The notes: a model not told the origin generated them from the letters alone. 64,000 nt of DNA from Myxococcota bacterium (GCA_039794265.1 JBDIVR010000015.1:33164-97163), one strand, 5' to 3'. Positions 52,677 to 63,113 are shown, counted from the stretch's first letter. Translations and numbers: made by a program.

Positions 52677-55418
52677 TTGAGGCGCCCGAGAGTCGCCGTT
52701 TTCGGCGCGCTGGCCGCGTTGCTCCTGCTCGCGGCGGCCGCGAGCGGATTCTTCTTGGCAGCGCGCTTCGGACCCGAACGCGCAGCACAATGGGTCGAAG
52801 CCCGGCTCGCGGAGCAGATCGGTCCGGTGGAGATCGGCTCGCTCCGCGTCGGTTTCCACTGGGGTCCGGCGATCGAGCTCCGCGACATCCGCGCGGCGGC
52901 GGATGCCGGCGACTCCGGGGGGCGGCTCGAGGCGGCGAGCGGGAAGATCTCGTTCGATCTGACGCAGCTGCTCCGTGGTCAGCTCCGTGTCGGACGGGTG
53001 AAGCTCACGGGACTGCGGGCGGAGCTCGTGCGCGACGCGGCCGGTGTCCTGCGCCCGGAGGCCGCGAGGCGCCTGCTCGATCTCGCGACGGCCGCGCGGA
53101 CCCCGAAGGAGGGCGAGGAAGCGACCGGCCCGTTCGAGCCGCGCGAGGCGCTCGAGGCGCTGCGGATCGCCAGCGCCTCGCTCCCCGCGCTGGCGATCGC
53201 GGACGGCGAGATCCGCTGGCGAGACGCCGGCCGCCCGACGGAGGCACTCGGCCTCCGCGCGCTCGACGCGTCGCTCGGCCGCACGCGGCTCGGTGGCGGT
53301 CTCGGATTGACGGCGTCGGGCCGGCTGCTCGCCGACGACGCGGACGTGGGCCGCTTCGAACTGGAGGGCGAACTCCCGCGACTGGGAGAGCCCAACGCGC
53401 AGCTCGGGCTCACGGACCTCGATCTCGCCGCAGCGCATCCGTGGCTCGAAAGCTGGGCGCCGGCGCGCGAGGCCGACCTCGCGCTCGCGGGAAGAGCGGC
53501 CGCGCACATCACCTGGCGTTCCGACGGACCCGACGACGCGATCGATGCCGAGGTGATCGCTCTCGACCTGCGCGCGGGCGGGCGCTTCGGCGTCGATCGG
53601 TCGGAGCAGCGCGCCGAGCTCCCGAGCGCCCGCGTCGCGGCGTCGTTCACCGTCGCGCCGCGCTTCGTCGAAGCCGCGAACGTCGAGCTCGATCTCGGCC
53701 CCTGGCGCCTGCGCGGTCGCGCGCGCAGCGCACGGCCGCTCGGCGCGCGCGCGGCGATCGACTTCCAGGCGCGCGGCGAGCCCGTCGCGATCGACAGCGT
53801 GCGCGCCGCGCTGCGCACGGTCGGCGAGCCGGCGCTGACGCGCGTCGCGGACACGATCTCCGGCGGGCGTCTCGCCGCGTGGTCCCTCGCCTGCGAGGAG
53901 GTGCGCGGCGCCGTCTTCGGTGCCGTCGCGGCCGGTCCGCTCGACGCCTGGCCCGAGGGCTGCACGTTCGGACTCGGTTTCGAGGGGGTCACGGTCCAGC
54001 AGGAGGAAGGGGAACCGATCCGCGGACTGCGCGGGCAACTCGTCCTCCGACACGACCGGCTGACGCTTCGCGATGTCCACGCCCGCATCGGCGACCGCCC
54101 GCTGCCCGCGCTCGATCTCACCGTCACCGGCATCGCCGCCGTCGCGAATGCGATCGCCGACGGCGAGACGCCGCACGCGGTTCCCCCGCTCCCGGGCTGG
54201 TTCACGCTCGAACGCTGGGCCAGAGGAGATCGCGAACCGGGCGCTCCCGCACGCTGGCAGCGTGCGGAGATCGAGGCGAGCCGCCTCGATCATCCGATCC
54301 TGCTGAGGCCGGTCTCGGGCCTGCGCGCGGTCCTGCTGCCGGTCCCGTTCGGTTTCGACGCCGAGATCCTCGAGGCGCACTGGGGCTCGGCGCAGGTCCA
54401 CGGACGCGCGCGCAAGTCCGGCGATCCGCCCGGCCGCATCGAGGTCGAAGCGACCGCCGTCCCCAGCGCGGAACCGGCGCCGCGAGACCTCGAAGACCCC
54501 ACCGCCTGGGCTCGCGCGAACTTTCGCGTCGAACTCCAGAAGCTCGGTCCGTTCCGCGCGAGCGAGGTCACCGGCCGCGTGCGGATCGAAGCGGACCGCG
54601 GCCGGATCCTCGAGGGCGACGCTCGGCTGCTCCCGCGCGGGCGCCTCCTCGGCGAGGTCGACCTGACGCTCGACCACAGCGAGTTCGTCCCGGCGACCGG
54701 CCGGCTGCGCGTCGAGGGCGCCTCGCTGCCGGACCTGCTCGAGGACCTGAAGCTCGATCGCGAGGTGATGACCGGCACGGTGCACCTCTCCGGCGATGTC
54801 GACGCAAAGCTGATCCCACGCGCGAACATCCTGCGCGAGCTGACCGGCCCGGTGACGCTCGAGCTGCGCGACGGCGAGATCCGCAAGCGGATGAACCTGC
54901 TGCTCGCCCTCGCCGCGGCCAGCGACACCTTCAATCCGTTCCGCTCGCGGGAGGTGCTGCCGTACGACGAGATCGACGGCGAGTTGGTGCTCGACCGCGG
55001 TACGGTCCGTACGGAATCGCTGTCACTGGTCGGGCCGGCGGCGCGGCTGGTCGCGACCGGCGACGTCGACGTCGTCGATGCGCCGAACGAGGTGAACGCG
55101 GTGGTTGGCGTGTTCTTCTTCAAGACCCTCGACACCGTGATCGGAGCGGTTCCGTTGGTGAACCGGATCCTGCTCGGCAACGACGAGAATCTGATGGCCG
55201 CCTACTTCGCGCTGAGCGGTCCGTGGAAGCAGCCGTCCGCGCGGATCCTGCCGGCGACGCTGCTGACATCCGGGCCGATGGGAATCGTCACGGAGGGGCT
55301 GCCCGGCTTCGTGCGCTCCGGCATCGGAACGCTCCGGCGACTTCTCGGCGGCGGCGACGACGACGGGCCGCCGCGCGAGGCGAAGCCGGGCCCTCGTCGC
55401 TCCGAGCCGCGCCGGTGA
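52677..55418 (+). CDS. AsmA-like / YhdP-like large envelope protein
   Basis: 913 aa with a TTG start. It has the N-terminal anchor VAVFGALAALLLLAAAASGFFLAA, a long beta-rich body, and an AsmA C-terminal-like segment ...LVGPAARLVATGDVDV...AYFALSGPWKQP. Confidence 0.7.
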   Translation: MRRPRVAVFGALAALLLLAAAASGFFLAARFGPERAAQWVEARLAEQIGPVEIGSLRVGFHWGPAIELRDIRAAADAGDSGGRLEAASGKISFDLTQLLRGQLRVGRVKLTGLRAELVRDAAGVLRPEAARRLLDLATAARTPKEGEEATGPFEPREALEALRIASASLPALAIADGEIRWRDAGRPTEALGLRALDASLGRTRLGGGLGLTASGRLLADDADVGRFELEGELPRLGEPNAQLGLTDLDLAAAHPWLESWAPAREADLALAGRAAAHITWRSDGPDDAIDAEVIALDLRAGGRFGVDRSEQRAELPSARVAASFTVAPRFVEAANVELDLGPWRLRGRARSARPLGARAAIDFQARGEPVAIDSVRAALRTVGEPALTRVADTISGGRLAAWSLACEEVRGAVFGAVAAGPLDAWPEGCTFGLGFEGVTVQQEEGEPIRGLRGQLVLRHDRLTLRDVHARIGDRPLPALDLTVTGIAAVANAIADGETPHAVPPLPGWFTLERWARGDREPGAPARWQRAEIEASRLDHPILLRPVSGLRAVLLPVPFGFDAEILEAHWGSAQVHGRARKSGDPPGRIEVEATAVPSAEPAPRDLEDPTAWARANFRVELQKLGPFRASEVTGRVRIEADRGRILEGDARLLPRGRLLGEVDLTLDHSEFVPATGRLRVEGASLPDLLEDLKLDREVMTGTVHLSGDVDAKLIPRANILRELTGPVTLELRDGEIRKRMNLLLALAAASDTFNPFRSREVLPYDEIDGELVLDRGTVRTESLSLVGPAARLVATGDVDVVDAPNEVNAVVGVFFFKTLDTVIGAVPLVNRILLGNDENLMAAYFALSGPWKQPSARILPATLLTSGPMGIVTEGLPGFVRSGIGTLRRLLGGGDDDGPPREAKPGPRRSEPRR

Positions 55419-55963
55419 AGCGCGAGCCGGCGCGCAGCAAGCTGTTGACGATCGCCGCGGCGGCTCGCGCCGTCGCCGCCGCCCGCCGGCGCGGCGAGCG
55501 CGTCGTGTTCACCAACGGATGCTTCGACCTGCTGCACGTCGGCCACGTGCGCAGCCTCGAGCGCGCTCGCGCACTCGGCGACCGGCTCGTCGTCGCCGTC
55601 AACCGGGACGCCAGCGTGCGCGCGCAGAAAGGCGCCGGCCGCCCGATCGTGCCCGCGCGCCAGCGCGCGGAAGTCGTAGCCGCGCTGGCCTGCGTAGACT
55701 GGGTGGTGCTGTTCGGCGAACCGACGCCGCTGCGCGCGATCCGGGCGCTGCACCCCGACATCCTCGCGAAGGGCGGCGACTGGCGGCTCGATGCGATCGT
55801 CGGCCGCGAAGAGGTCGAGGCCTGGGGTGGACGCGTCGTGCGGTTGCGGGAGGTCCCGGGCGTTCGGACGACGTCTCTCGTCGAAGCGATACGCTGTGGC
55901 GACGAGACTGCAGCGGCCGGATCGCAGTCGCCTGCCGCGAGCCCGCCGCGCTCCCGGCGCTGA
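55415..55963 (+). CDS. hldC: D-glycero-beta-D-manno-heptose 1-phosphate adenylyltransferase-like cytidylyltransferase (RfaE domain II alone)
   Basis: The GTG at 55415 overlaps the AsmA-like stop (GTGA). Motifs present are VFTNGCFDLLHVGHV and ...ILAKGGDW. Confidence 0.75.
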   Translation: MKREPARSKLLTIAAAARAVAAARRRGERVVFTNGCFDLLHVGHVRSLERARALGDRLVVAVNRDASVRAQKGAGRPIVPARQRAEVVAALACVDWVVLFGEPTPLRAIRALHPDILAKGGDWRLDAIVGREEVEAWGGRVVRLREVPGVRTTSLVEAIRCGDETAAAGSQSPAASPPRSRR

Positions 55964-56020
55964 GTGCGGGTTCGCGAAGCGGCCTGAAACGAGCCCGCCG
56001 GGGGCCGCGTCGGAGTTGCC

Positions 56021-57004
56021 ATGAACGAAACGGATCCCGCGATCGCCCTGAAGCGCCTGCTCGACGAAGTCGGCCGCGTCGTCGTCGGCCAGCGGGCGCT
56101 CCTCGAAGGGCTGCTGACGGCGCTGCTCGCCGGCGGACACGTGCTCGTCGAAGGCGTGCCGGGACTCGCCAAGACGACGGCCGTGCGCACGCTGGCGCAG
56201 GCGCTGGGCCTCGGCTTCCAGCGCGTGCAGTTCACGCCGGACCTGCTGCCCGGGGACCTGATCGGGACCCAGATCTACGAGCCGGAGGAGCGTCGCTTCC
56301 GCGTGCGCCGCGGGCCGATCTTCAGCCCCGTGCTGCTCGCCGACGAGATCAACCGCGCGCCGGCCAAGGTGCAGTCGGCGCTGCTCGAGGCCATGGAGGA
56401 GCGCCAGGTCACGATCGGGGACGAGAGCTTCGCATTGCCGCAGCCGTTCTTCGTGATGGCGACGCAGAACCCGATCGAGCACGAAGGCACCTATCCACTG
56501 CCCGAGGCGCAGGTGGATCGGTTCCTGCTGAAGCTGATCGTCTCGTATCCTTCGGCAGAGGAAGAGCTCGAAATCGCTTCCGGCGCCGCCGGACGTCCGG
56601 GCTCGGTCTCGGCCGTGGCAGATGCCGCGACGGTCGCCGCGCTGCGCGAGGCCGCCGCCGCCGTCCACGTGGCGGATGCCGTCGCGGACTACGCGGTGCG
56701 CCTGGTGCGCGCGACGCGCGAACCCGCGTCGGTCTCGGCGACGGTCCGGACGGTGGACGTCTCGCGTCCTGCCGCCGGTCTCGTCGCCGTCGGAGCCTCG
56801 CCGCGCGCGTCGCTGTTCCTGGTGCGCGCGGCGCGCGCGCGGGCCCTGCTCGACGGGCGCTTGTTCGCGACCCCGCACGACGTGAAGCGAGTGGCCTCCG
56901 ACGTGCTGCGCCATCGCGTACTGCTCACCTACGAGGCGGAGGCCGACGGCATCGCGCCGGACGCCGTGGTCGAGGCGGTGCTCGACGCCGTCGCGACGCC
57001 GTAG
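56021..57004 (+). CDS. moxR: MoxR-family AAA+ ATPase
   Basis: 327 aa. It has Walker [10 protein letters not shown], Walker [10 protein letters not shown] and [24 protein letters not shown]-type motifs. Confidence 0.9.
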   Translation: MNETDPAIALKRLLDEVGRVVVGQRALLEGLLTALLAGGHVLVEGVPGLAKTTAVRTLAQALGLGFQRVQFTPDLLPGDLIGTQIYEPEERRFRVRRGPIFSPVLLADEINRAPAKVQSALLEAMEERQVTIGDESFALPQPFFVMATQNPIEHEGTYPLPEAQVDRFLLKLIVSYPSAEEELEIASGAAGRPGSVSAVADAATVAALREAAAAVHVADAVADYAVRLVRATREPASVSATVRTVDVSRPAAGLVAVGASPRASLFLVRAARARALLDGRLFATPHDVKRVASDVLRHRVLLTYEAEADGIAPDAVVEAVLDAVATP

Positions 57005-57013
57005 GGGCGAGTC

Positions 57014-57952
57014 GTGGACGTGCGCCTTGGTCCCGCGGCCCCGGCCGCCGTCGCGCGGGCGGCGCGGATCCTGTGGATCCGCAGCCGTCGGGAGGCAACG
57101 AGCTGGCTGGTCGGCGGGTACCGCAGCGCGTTTCGCGGCGGAGGCGTCGAGTTCGAGGAGCTGCGCCCGTACGAGCCGGGCGACGACGTGCGCTCCATGG
57201 ACTGGAATGCGACCGCGCGCAGCGGTACGCCGTGGGTGAAGCGCTTCCGCGAAGAACGTGCGCACACCGTGCTGGTGGCGCTCGACGTGTCGGCTTCGAT
57301 GGGGTTTGCGTCCCAGGGACGCAGCAAGCTGGCCAGCGCCGCCGCCGCGGCCGCGCTGATCGTCGCCGCGGCGCAGCGCGCCGGAGACCGCGTCGCCTTC
57401 GCCGCATTCTCGGACACGATCCGGGACTCGCTACCGCCGGCGCGCGGCGCAGTCCACGGCTGGCGACTGATCCGCATGGCGACCGCGCAGGCCGAGTGCG
57501 CCGCCGGAAGGACGCAGGTCGGTGTCGCTGCCGCATGGGCGCTGGCCCAGACGCGGCGACGGGCCCTCGTCGTGCTGCTGTCGGACTTCCGGGATCCCGC
57601 GCTGGACGGCGCCCCTCCGGGCGGCGCCGCCTCGCCGATCGCAGCACTCGCGAGCCGACACGATCTGGTGACGGTCGTCGTCGAAGATCCGCGGGAGCAA
57701 ACGCTGGTGGCGGCAGGCGGGGTGCGGCTGGCGGATCCCGAGACGACAGGACCGCTCCGACTGCTCGGCACCGGGAGGCGCCGGCGCGCTCGCTATGCCG
57801 CCGCAGCGGCGGACCGCCGCGCGGCGCTGTTGCGCCGGCTGCGGCGCGAAGGCGCCGACCCGCTCGTCCTGTCGGCGCCGGAGGATGCCCTCCGCGCGCT
57901 CGTCCGCTTCTTCCACTTCCGCGCCGAGCGCGGCCGGATCGCAACGCGATGA
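57014..57952 (+). CDS. DUF58 domain protein
   Basis: 312 aa with a GTG start. The pattern is FRGGGVEFEELRPYEPGDDVRSMDWNATAR followed by a VWA-like LDVSASM. Confidence 0.85.
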   Translation: MDVRLGPAAPAAVARAARILWIRSRREATSWLVGGYRSAFRGGGVEFEELRPYEPGDDVRSMDWNATARSGTPWVKRFREERAHTVLVALDVSASMGFASQGRSKLASAAAAAALIVAAAQRAGDRVAFAAFSDTIRDSLPPARGAVHGWRLIRMATAQAECAAGRTQVGVAAAWALAQTRRRALVVLLSDFRDPALDGAPPGGAASPIAALASRHDLVTVVVEDPREQTLVAAGGVRLADPETTGPLRLLGTGRRRRARYAAAAADRRAALLRRLRREGADPLVLSAPEDALRALVRFFHFRAERGRIATR

Positions 57953-58956
57953 ACGGGGTTCGGATGCGTCGAGGGGCTGCGCGCGCCGGACGGTTGCTCC
58001 CGCTGATCTTGGTCGCCGCGGTCGCGTGTCCTGCAACGCGGGACGGCGACGAGTCGCCCGCAGGGGCCGCGCCGCCGAGCGCGCAGGCCACCGTGCTGAT
58101 CGAGCCGCCGCAGCTGCGCGTCGGAGAGGTTGCGGACATCGAAGTCGCCGTCGTGACGCCCCGAGGACATGCGGTGCGACCTCTCGTGCTGCCCGATGCA
58201 GCCGAGCTCGGCCCGGTGTGGCTGCTCGACGCAGAGGCCTTGCCGATCGACAAGCGAGGCGAGCGCTGGACCCACCGCACGCGGCTGCGCGTGCGCGCCC
58301 GCGACGTCGGAACCGGAACGTGGCCGGCGCTGACGCTCGAGCTGGTCGGCCCGGAGAACGAACGTTCGACGCTCGTGACGGAACCGCGGTCCTTCGAGGT
58401 CGTGTCGGTGCTGCCGGAGTTCCCGGATCGCCTCGCGCCCTTCCCGCTGCGGCTGCCCACGGCGCGGCCGGGGCTCTCCCCGTGGCTGGCCGCGGCCGGG
58501 GGCGCCGCCGCGGCGCTGGCGACCGTCGGCGCGCTGGCGCTCGCGCAGCGCCGGCGCCGACGCGCCGGCGAGCGCGTCCCGCGCACCGGCGACGGCGCTG
58601 CGCGCGAAGCGTCGGCGCCGTGGACCGCCGCCGTCCGCGACGTCTCCGCGGCCGCCGCCGCCATCGACACCGATTGGCGTGGATCCGCGGATGCCATCGC
58701 CGTCGCGCTCCGGCGCTACGCAGCGCAGCGTTGGGACTTCGCGATCGAGTGTCGTACGACCGAGGAGCTGGCCTCCCTGCCGCCGCCCTTCGCGTTGTCG
58801 TGGCGCTGGCCGGCGGCGCTCGCGTGGCTGCGCGAGCTCGACGCCTTGCGCTTCCGCGCCAACGCCGCCGACGATGCTCCGGTCCGCGTGCGCCACATCG
58901 CCGCAGCCGCCGAGCGCTGGATCGAAGCCTCGATCCCCAGCGAGGCTCCGCGATGA
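57949..58956 (+). CDS. lipoprotein/membrane protein: BatD-like N-domain, TM segment, and DUF4381-like tail
   Basis: Its start forms an ATGA overlap with the DUF58 stop. The lipobox is LILVAAVAC. The N-domain VLIEPPQLRVGEVADIEV... parallels the BatD gene at 61771 (VLIEPPTAVVGEQVRYRI). A TM segment WLAAAGGAAAALATVGALAL is followed by ...CRTTEELASLPPP. Confidence 0.6.
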   Translation: MNGVRMRRGAARAGRLLPLILVAAVACPATRDGDESPAGAAPPSAQATVLIEPPQLRVGEVADIEVAVVTPRGHAVRPLVLPDAAELGPVWLLDAEALPIDKRGERWTHRTRLRVRARDVGTGTWPALTLELVGPENERSTLVTEPRSFEVVSVLPEFPDRLAPFPLRLPTARPGLSPWLAAAGGAAAALATVGALALAQRRRRRAGERVPRTGDGAAREASAPWTAAVRDVSAAAAAIDTDWRGSADAIAVALRRYAAQRWDFAIECRTTEELASLPPPFALSWRWPAALAWLRELDALRFRANAADDAPVRVRHIAAAAERWIEASIPSEAPR

Positions 58957-60020
58957 GCGCAGCGCTCGCCGATCTCGCGTCCCGGTTCGGCTTCGGATTC
59001 GATGGCTTCGAACGGCCGGCCTGGCTCGTGATCGGTGCGGCGCTGCTGGTGCTCGGCGCGTGGCTTGCGACCCGGCGGCGCGCGGACGCCGTACCGTGGC
59101 CCGCGTGGTCCGAGGCCGATGCGGCCGGCGCGCGCCGCGATCGCAGCACGTGGCTACCGGCGATCGCGCGCGGCGGTGCGCTCGCGCTGCTCGCGGTCGC
59201 GCTCGCCGGCCCGGTGACGGAGCACCGCGCGCCGCCGCCGCCCGGAGAGGGCCTCGATCTGGTGCTGGTTCTCGATGCCTCCGACAGCATGCGCGCGCTC
59301 GATGCCCAGGTGGAGGGGGAGTGGCGCACACGCTTCGCATTGGCGCGCAGCGTCGTCGCGCGCTTCGCCCGCGAACGCGCAGCCGACGGCGACCGGATCG
59401 CGCTCGTCGTGTTCGGCGAGACGGCGTTCACGCTCTCGCCGCTGTCGAGCGATGACGCCCTGCTCGAGGCGGCGCTGACGCGCGCGGAGCCGGGGATGGC
59501 CGGCGGCGCGACTGCGCTCGGCGACGCCCTCGCGCTCGCGGTGAAGCGCGTCGCGCCCGACGCGGACGGGAGACGGGGCGCCGGTCCGACCGCCGGCCGC
59601 CTGATCGTGCTGCTGACGGACGGACGCAGCAACGCCGGCGCGGTGCCACCCGCCGTCGCCGCGTCGCTCGCATCCGCGCGCGGCGTGCGGGTCCACACCG
59701 TGGGCATCGGCAGCACCGGAGACGTCGCGATGGAACCGCCGGGGATGGCGGGACGCGGGACGCGCTTCGAACGCCACGACCTCGATGCGACGACGCTCGC
59801 CGGAATTGCCGATGCGACGGGCGGCCGATACTTCGAAGCGGACAGCTCGGCGGCACTGCAGGCCGTCTACGCAGAGATCGATGCGCTCGAACGCGTCCCG
59901 CGACGGTCGCCGCCGCGCGTGCGGCGCTCGCCCCATCCGGAGCCGTGGCTCGCCGGCGCCGGCGGTCTCGTCGCGCTCGAGCTGCTGTGGGCGCGCGGCT
60001 TCGTCCGCAGGATCCCATGA
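58953..60020 (+). CDS. batA: VWA domain protein (BatA-like)
   Basis: Its start forms an ATGA overlap with the previous stop. It has N-terminal TM segments, the MIDAS motif LDASDSM, LLTDGRSNAG, and a C-terminal TM segment. Confidence 0.8.
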   Translation: MSAALADLASRFGFGFDGFERPAWLVIGAALLVLGAWLATRRRADAVPWPAWSEADAAGARRDRSTWLPAIARGGALALLAVALAGPVTEHRAPPPPGEGLDLVLVLDASDSMRALDAQVEGEWRTRFALARSVVARFARERAADGDRIALVVFGETAFTLSPLSSDDALLEAALTRAEPGMAGGATALGDALALAVKRVAPDADGRRGAGPTAGRLIVLLTDGRSNAGAVPPAVAASLASARGVRVHTVGIGSTGDVAMEPPGMAGRGTRFERHDLDATTLAGIADATGGRYFEADSSAALQAVYAEIDALERVPRRSPPRVRRSPHPEPWLAGAGGLVALELLWARGFVRRIP

Positions 60021-61774
60021 CCAGCCTCTGGCTCGCGCACCCGGAGTGGGCGCCCTCCGTCGCCGCGGCGACGGCGTTCGTCGCCGTCGTCGTGTTGGCG
60101 TCCTGGTGGCGCGCGCGCCGGCGTTCCGTCCGGCTGCTAGGAACACCGAAGTGGGTCGGTGTCGGGCGGCTCGGACGAGACGCGATGGTGCTGCTGGCGC
60201 TCGCGGCGATCGGCCTCGCGGCGCTCGGACTTCGAGCCGGCCTGCGCAGCGAACGCGTGCCGGCGTCCGGCGTCGATGTCGTGCTGCTGCTCGACGTCTC
60301 GCTCAGCATGGAGGCGTCCGACGTGCCCCCGAGCCGTCTCGCACGCGCGCGGCGGCTCGCCGCCGAGCTGCTCGCAAGGCTCGGCCCCGGCGATCGCGCA
60401 GCGCTCGCTGCGTTCGCCGGTCGCGGCGTGCTGCTCACGCCGCTGACGCCGGATTTCGACGCGCTGACGGAACTCGCCGCCGCCGTCGATGGCACCCTGC
60501 TCGCGGCCCGCGGCTCGGACCTCGACGCGGGAGTACGCGCCGCGCTCGGCGCGTTCGAGGCGGCGAGCGAACGACCGCGCGTCCTCGTCGTGCTGGCGGA
60601 CGGCGAGGACCCCGCCGGCGCCGGCGATGCGGGATCCGCGACGTTGGCGCGCGCCGACACGCGACTCGTCGCGATCGCACTCGGGCTCGACAGCGGCGCG
60701 CTCGTCCCCGATGGGCGCGCGCCGCTGCGCGACGCCGACGGGCGCCCGGTCCGCTCGCAGCGAGACGCCGCGCGATTGGCGCGCTGGGCAGCGGCCTCGG
60801 ACGGCGCGAGCTTCGAGGCCGATCGCTGGGGCGAGATCGATCTCTCCGCAGCAGCGGCCGAGATCCGGCGGGACGCCGGCCGCAACCCGGGCGACACGGT
60901 CCTGCGTCGCGTGCCCGCGGTCCAGACGGGGCCGCTGGCAGCGCTCGCGCTGGTGCTGCTGTGGCTCGAATGGACGGGGGTCCTGCGCCCTGGATCCGCC
61001 GTGCCGTGGCGGAGCGTGAGAAGATCCCCCGCGTGCGGACGGCGGCGGCGACCGCATGCGACGGCGGCTCTCGCCTCGGTCTTCTGGTTCGGGCCGCTGG
61101 CCCCCGGCGTGGCGAGCGCCGACCGGGAGGCGCCGCAAGCCCACCACTCACCGACCGACGCCGCCCGCGCTGCCGCACAGATCGAAGCCGCGCTGCGCAC
61201 GCGGCCCGGGGACGGCGAGCTGCTCGTCGCTCTCGGCCTCGCGCGGGCCGAGGCCGGGGATCGCGTCGGCGCAGGGCACGCGCTGCGCGCCGCTGCGCTG
61301 ACCGCTCGCGACCCCGGTCTCGCGGCGCTCGCCTGGTACGATCTCGGCGTGCTCGCACTCGGGGACGAAGACCTCGAGAACGCGCGAGACGCCTTCTTCG
61401 ATGCGCTCGCGCTGCGTCCGGACGATCGGGAGGCGCGCTTCAACCTCGAGTGGACGCTGCGCGCGCTGCGCGCCGAGCCGCCGCCCCCGCCGCCTCCCGG
61501 TGCCAGTGGCAAGGCCGACGACCCCGAGCAGGAGGATCCGGACGCCGAGCCGCCGCCGCACGGCGAGCGCGAGCAGCCGTCCCCGGACGCTGCGAACGAG
61601 GAGGAGACCCGCGCCGGCGCGCCGGATCGACAGCGCTTCGCACCCGCGCTCGGCGAGACGGAGGTGGAGCACTTGCTCTCGCAGGTCGACGACGCCGCGG
61701 ACCAGGCCCTGCGCGCCGCTGCCGGTCCCGACGACGAGCCGCGCCCGCGCCGGGGAGCGACTCCGGCGTGGTGA
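60017..61774 (+). CDS. VWA (BatB-like) fused in frame to a TPR (BatC-like) module
   Basis: Its start forms an ATGA overlap with the previous stop. It has the MIDAS motif LLDVSLSM and a TM segment LAALALVLLWLEW. A signal-like segment ALASVFWFGPLAPGVASA is followed by TPR-like repeats and an acidic/Pro-rich tail. Confidence 0.7.
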   Translation: MTSLWLAHPEWAPSVAAATAFVAVVVLASWWRARRRSVRLLGTPKWVGVGRLGRDAMVLLALAAIGLAALGLRAGLRSERVPASGVDVVLLLDVSLSMEASDVPPSRLARARRLAAELLARLGPGDRAALAAFAGRGVLLTPLTPDFDALTELAAAVDGTLLAARGSDLDAGVRAALGAFEAASERPRVLVVLADGEDPAGAGDAGSATLARADTRLVAIALGLDSGALVPDGRAPLRDADGRPVRSQRDAARLARWAAASDGASFEADRWGEIDLSAAAAEIRRDAGRNPGDTVLRRVPAVQTGPLAALALVLLWLEWTGVLRPGSAVPWRSVRRSPACGRRRRPHATAALASVFWFGPLAPGVASADREAPQAHHSPTDAARAAAQIEAALRTRPGDGELLVALGLARAEAGDRVGAGHALRAAALTARDPGLAALAWYDLGVLALGDEDLENARDAFFDALALRPDDREARFNLEWTLRALRAEPPPPPPPGASGKADDPEQEDPDAEPPPHGEREQPSPDAANEEETRAGAPDRQRFAPALGETEVEHLLSQVDDAADQALRAAAGPDDEPRPRRGATPAW

Positions 61775-63090
61775 GCCGACGGCGGACCTGCGCAGCCCTC
61801 GTCGGCGGGCTCACCGCCCTCTTCGTCGCCGCCGCCGATGCCGACCCGACGGGATCGGGCGAAGTCCCGTCGGCCGCGGCTTCCCCTTGTCACTCCGTGG
61901 TGTTGATCGAGCCGCCCACCGCCGTCGTCGGGGAGCAGGTGCGCTACCGGATCCGGATCCTGCGCCGACCCGACGTCGTCGCGGTGCGCTGGTTGCGCGC
62001 ACCGACGTTTCCGTCGCTGCGATCCGAGTGGCTTCCGGGGCGGACCCCGGATCCGCGCATCGCCGGCGTCGGTGCGGGCCTTCTCGTGGTCGAGGAACGC
62101 CGCGCACTGTTCCCCGCGACCGCCGGCACGCTCGAGATCCCCTCTGCGCAGCTCGGCTGCGCTCTCGCAGACGACGCGGAGTTCGCGGCGGAGGTGCCGC
62201 CGACCTCCTTGCGTGTCGACCCGCTTCCCGAAGCGGGGCGTCCCGACGACTTCTCCGGTGTCGTCGGCGCCGTGCGTGTACGCACCCAGGTGTCCACGGC
62301 CGTCGTGTCGCTCGGCGACAGCTTCGCGCTCGCGATCTCGTTGACCGGGACGGCGAACGTCTGGGCCGCCGACTCTCCGCTCGACCCCGCGCGCGATCTG
62401 CCGGGCGTCGACGCCTACCCGCGGACACCGGAGCTGGAGTTCGAACGCGGCGAACTGCTGTCCGCGCGTCGCACATTCGTGTGGGATCTGGTGCCGCGGA
62501 GCTCCGGAACGCTGCAGATCCCGCCGGCGCGCGTGTCGTACTTCGACCCGGGGTCGCAGCGCTATGGCCGGGCGGCCGGTCCGCCCCTGTCCATCGAGGT
62601 TCTCGCATCGGCCGGGCCCGGTGGAGCCCCGCGCGACGACCGCGCGTCGGCGGCCAGCGCGCCGGACGGTACGCCGGGGCCGTGGCGCGCCTGGGGGCTC
62701 CGAGCGCTCGTCGTGCTGCTCGGCGGCGGCGCGATCGCGGCGATCGCCGCGCGCGCGCGACGCCGGCACGCCCCTCTGCAGGCGGCCGCAGCCGCGCTCG
62801 AACAGGCCGAAAGCGCCGCGGCGCGCGGCGATCTGGACGCGACGGCGCGCGCGCTCGCCACCGCGCTGCGAGCGGCACTCGCGATGCGCATGGCGGGGGC
62901 CGGTTCGCTGCCTGTTGAGGAGCTCGTGGCCCGGGCCCCGGCACGGGGCCCGGCGTTCGAGACGGCGGCCGGACTGCTGGCGGCGCTGGATCGCGCGCGC
63001 TTCGCCCCGCCCGGGTCCGAAGTCTCCGTGCCGACGCCGGAGACCGTCCGCAGCGCCGTACGCGCACTCGGCTCGACGCGGAACGCGTAG
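61771..63090 (+). CDS. batD: BatD-like (oxygen-tolerance family) protein
   Basis: Its start forms a GTGA overlap with the previous stop. It has a signal peptide, two beta-rich repeats (VLIEPP...; FSGVVGAVRV...), a TM segment ALVVLLGGGAIAAIAA and a helical tail. Confidence 0.7.
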   Translation: MSRRRTCAALVGGLTALFVAAADADPTGSGEVPSAAASPCHSVVLIEPPTAVVGEQVRYRIRILRRPDVVAVRWLRAPTFPSLRSEWLPGRTPDPRIAGVGAGLLVVEERRALFPATAGTLEIPSAQLGCALADDAEFAAEVPPTSLRVDPLPEAGRPDDFSGVVGAVRVRTQVSTAVVSLGDSFALAISLTGTANVWAADSPLDPARDLPGVDAYPRTPELEFERGELLSARRTFVWDLVPRSSGTLQIPPARVSYFDPGSQRYGRAAGPPLSIEVLASAGPGGAPRDDRASAASAPDGTPGPWRAWGLRALVVLLGGGAIAAIAARARRRHAPLQAAAAALEQAESAAARGDLDATARALATALRAALAMRMAGAGSLPVEELVARAPARGPAFETAAGLLAALDRARFAPPGSEVSVPTPETVRSAVRALGSTRNA

Positions 63091-63113
63091 GTCGCCGGCT
63101 CGCAAGTGGGCGG

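Noticed and set aside
52413-54785. Upstream 790 codons of the 876-aa minus-strand ORF 52155..54785
   Set aside because: Only the last 85 aa (the XRE HTH protein, ATG at 52412) look like a protein. The rest is antisense to the AsmA-like gene and is Arg/Glu/Ala-rich.
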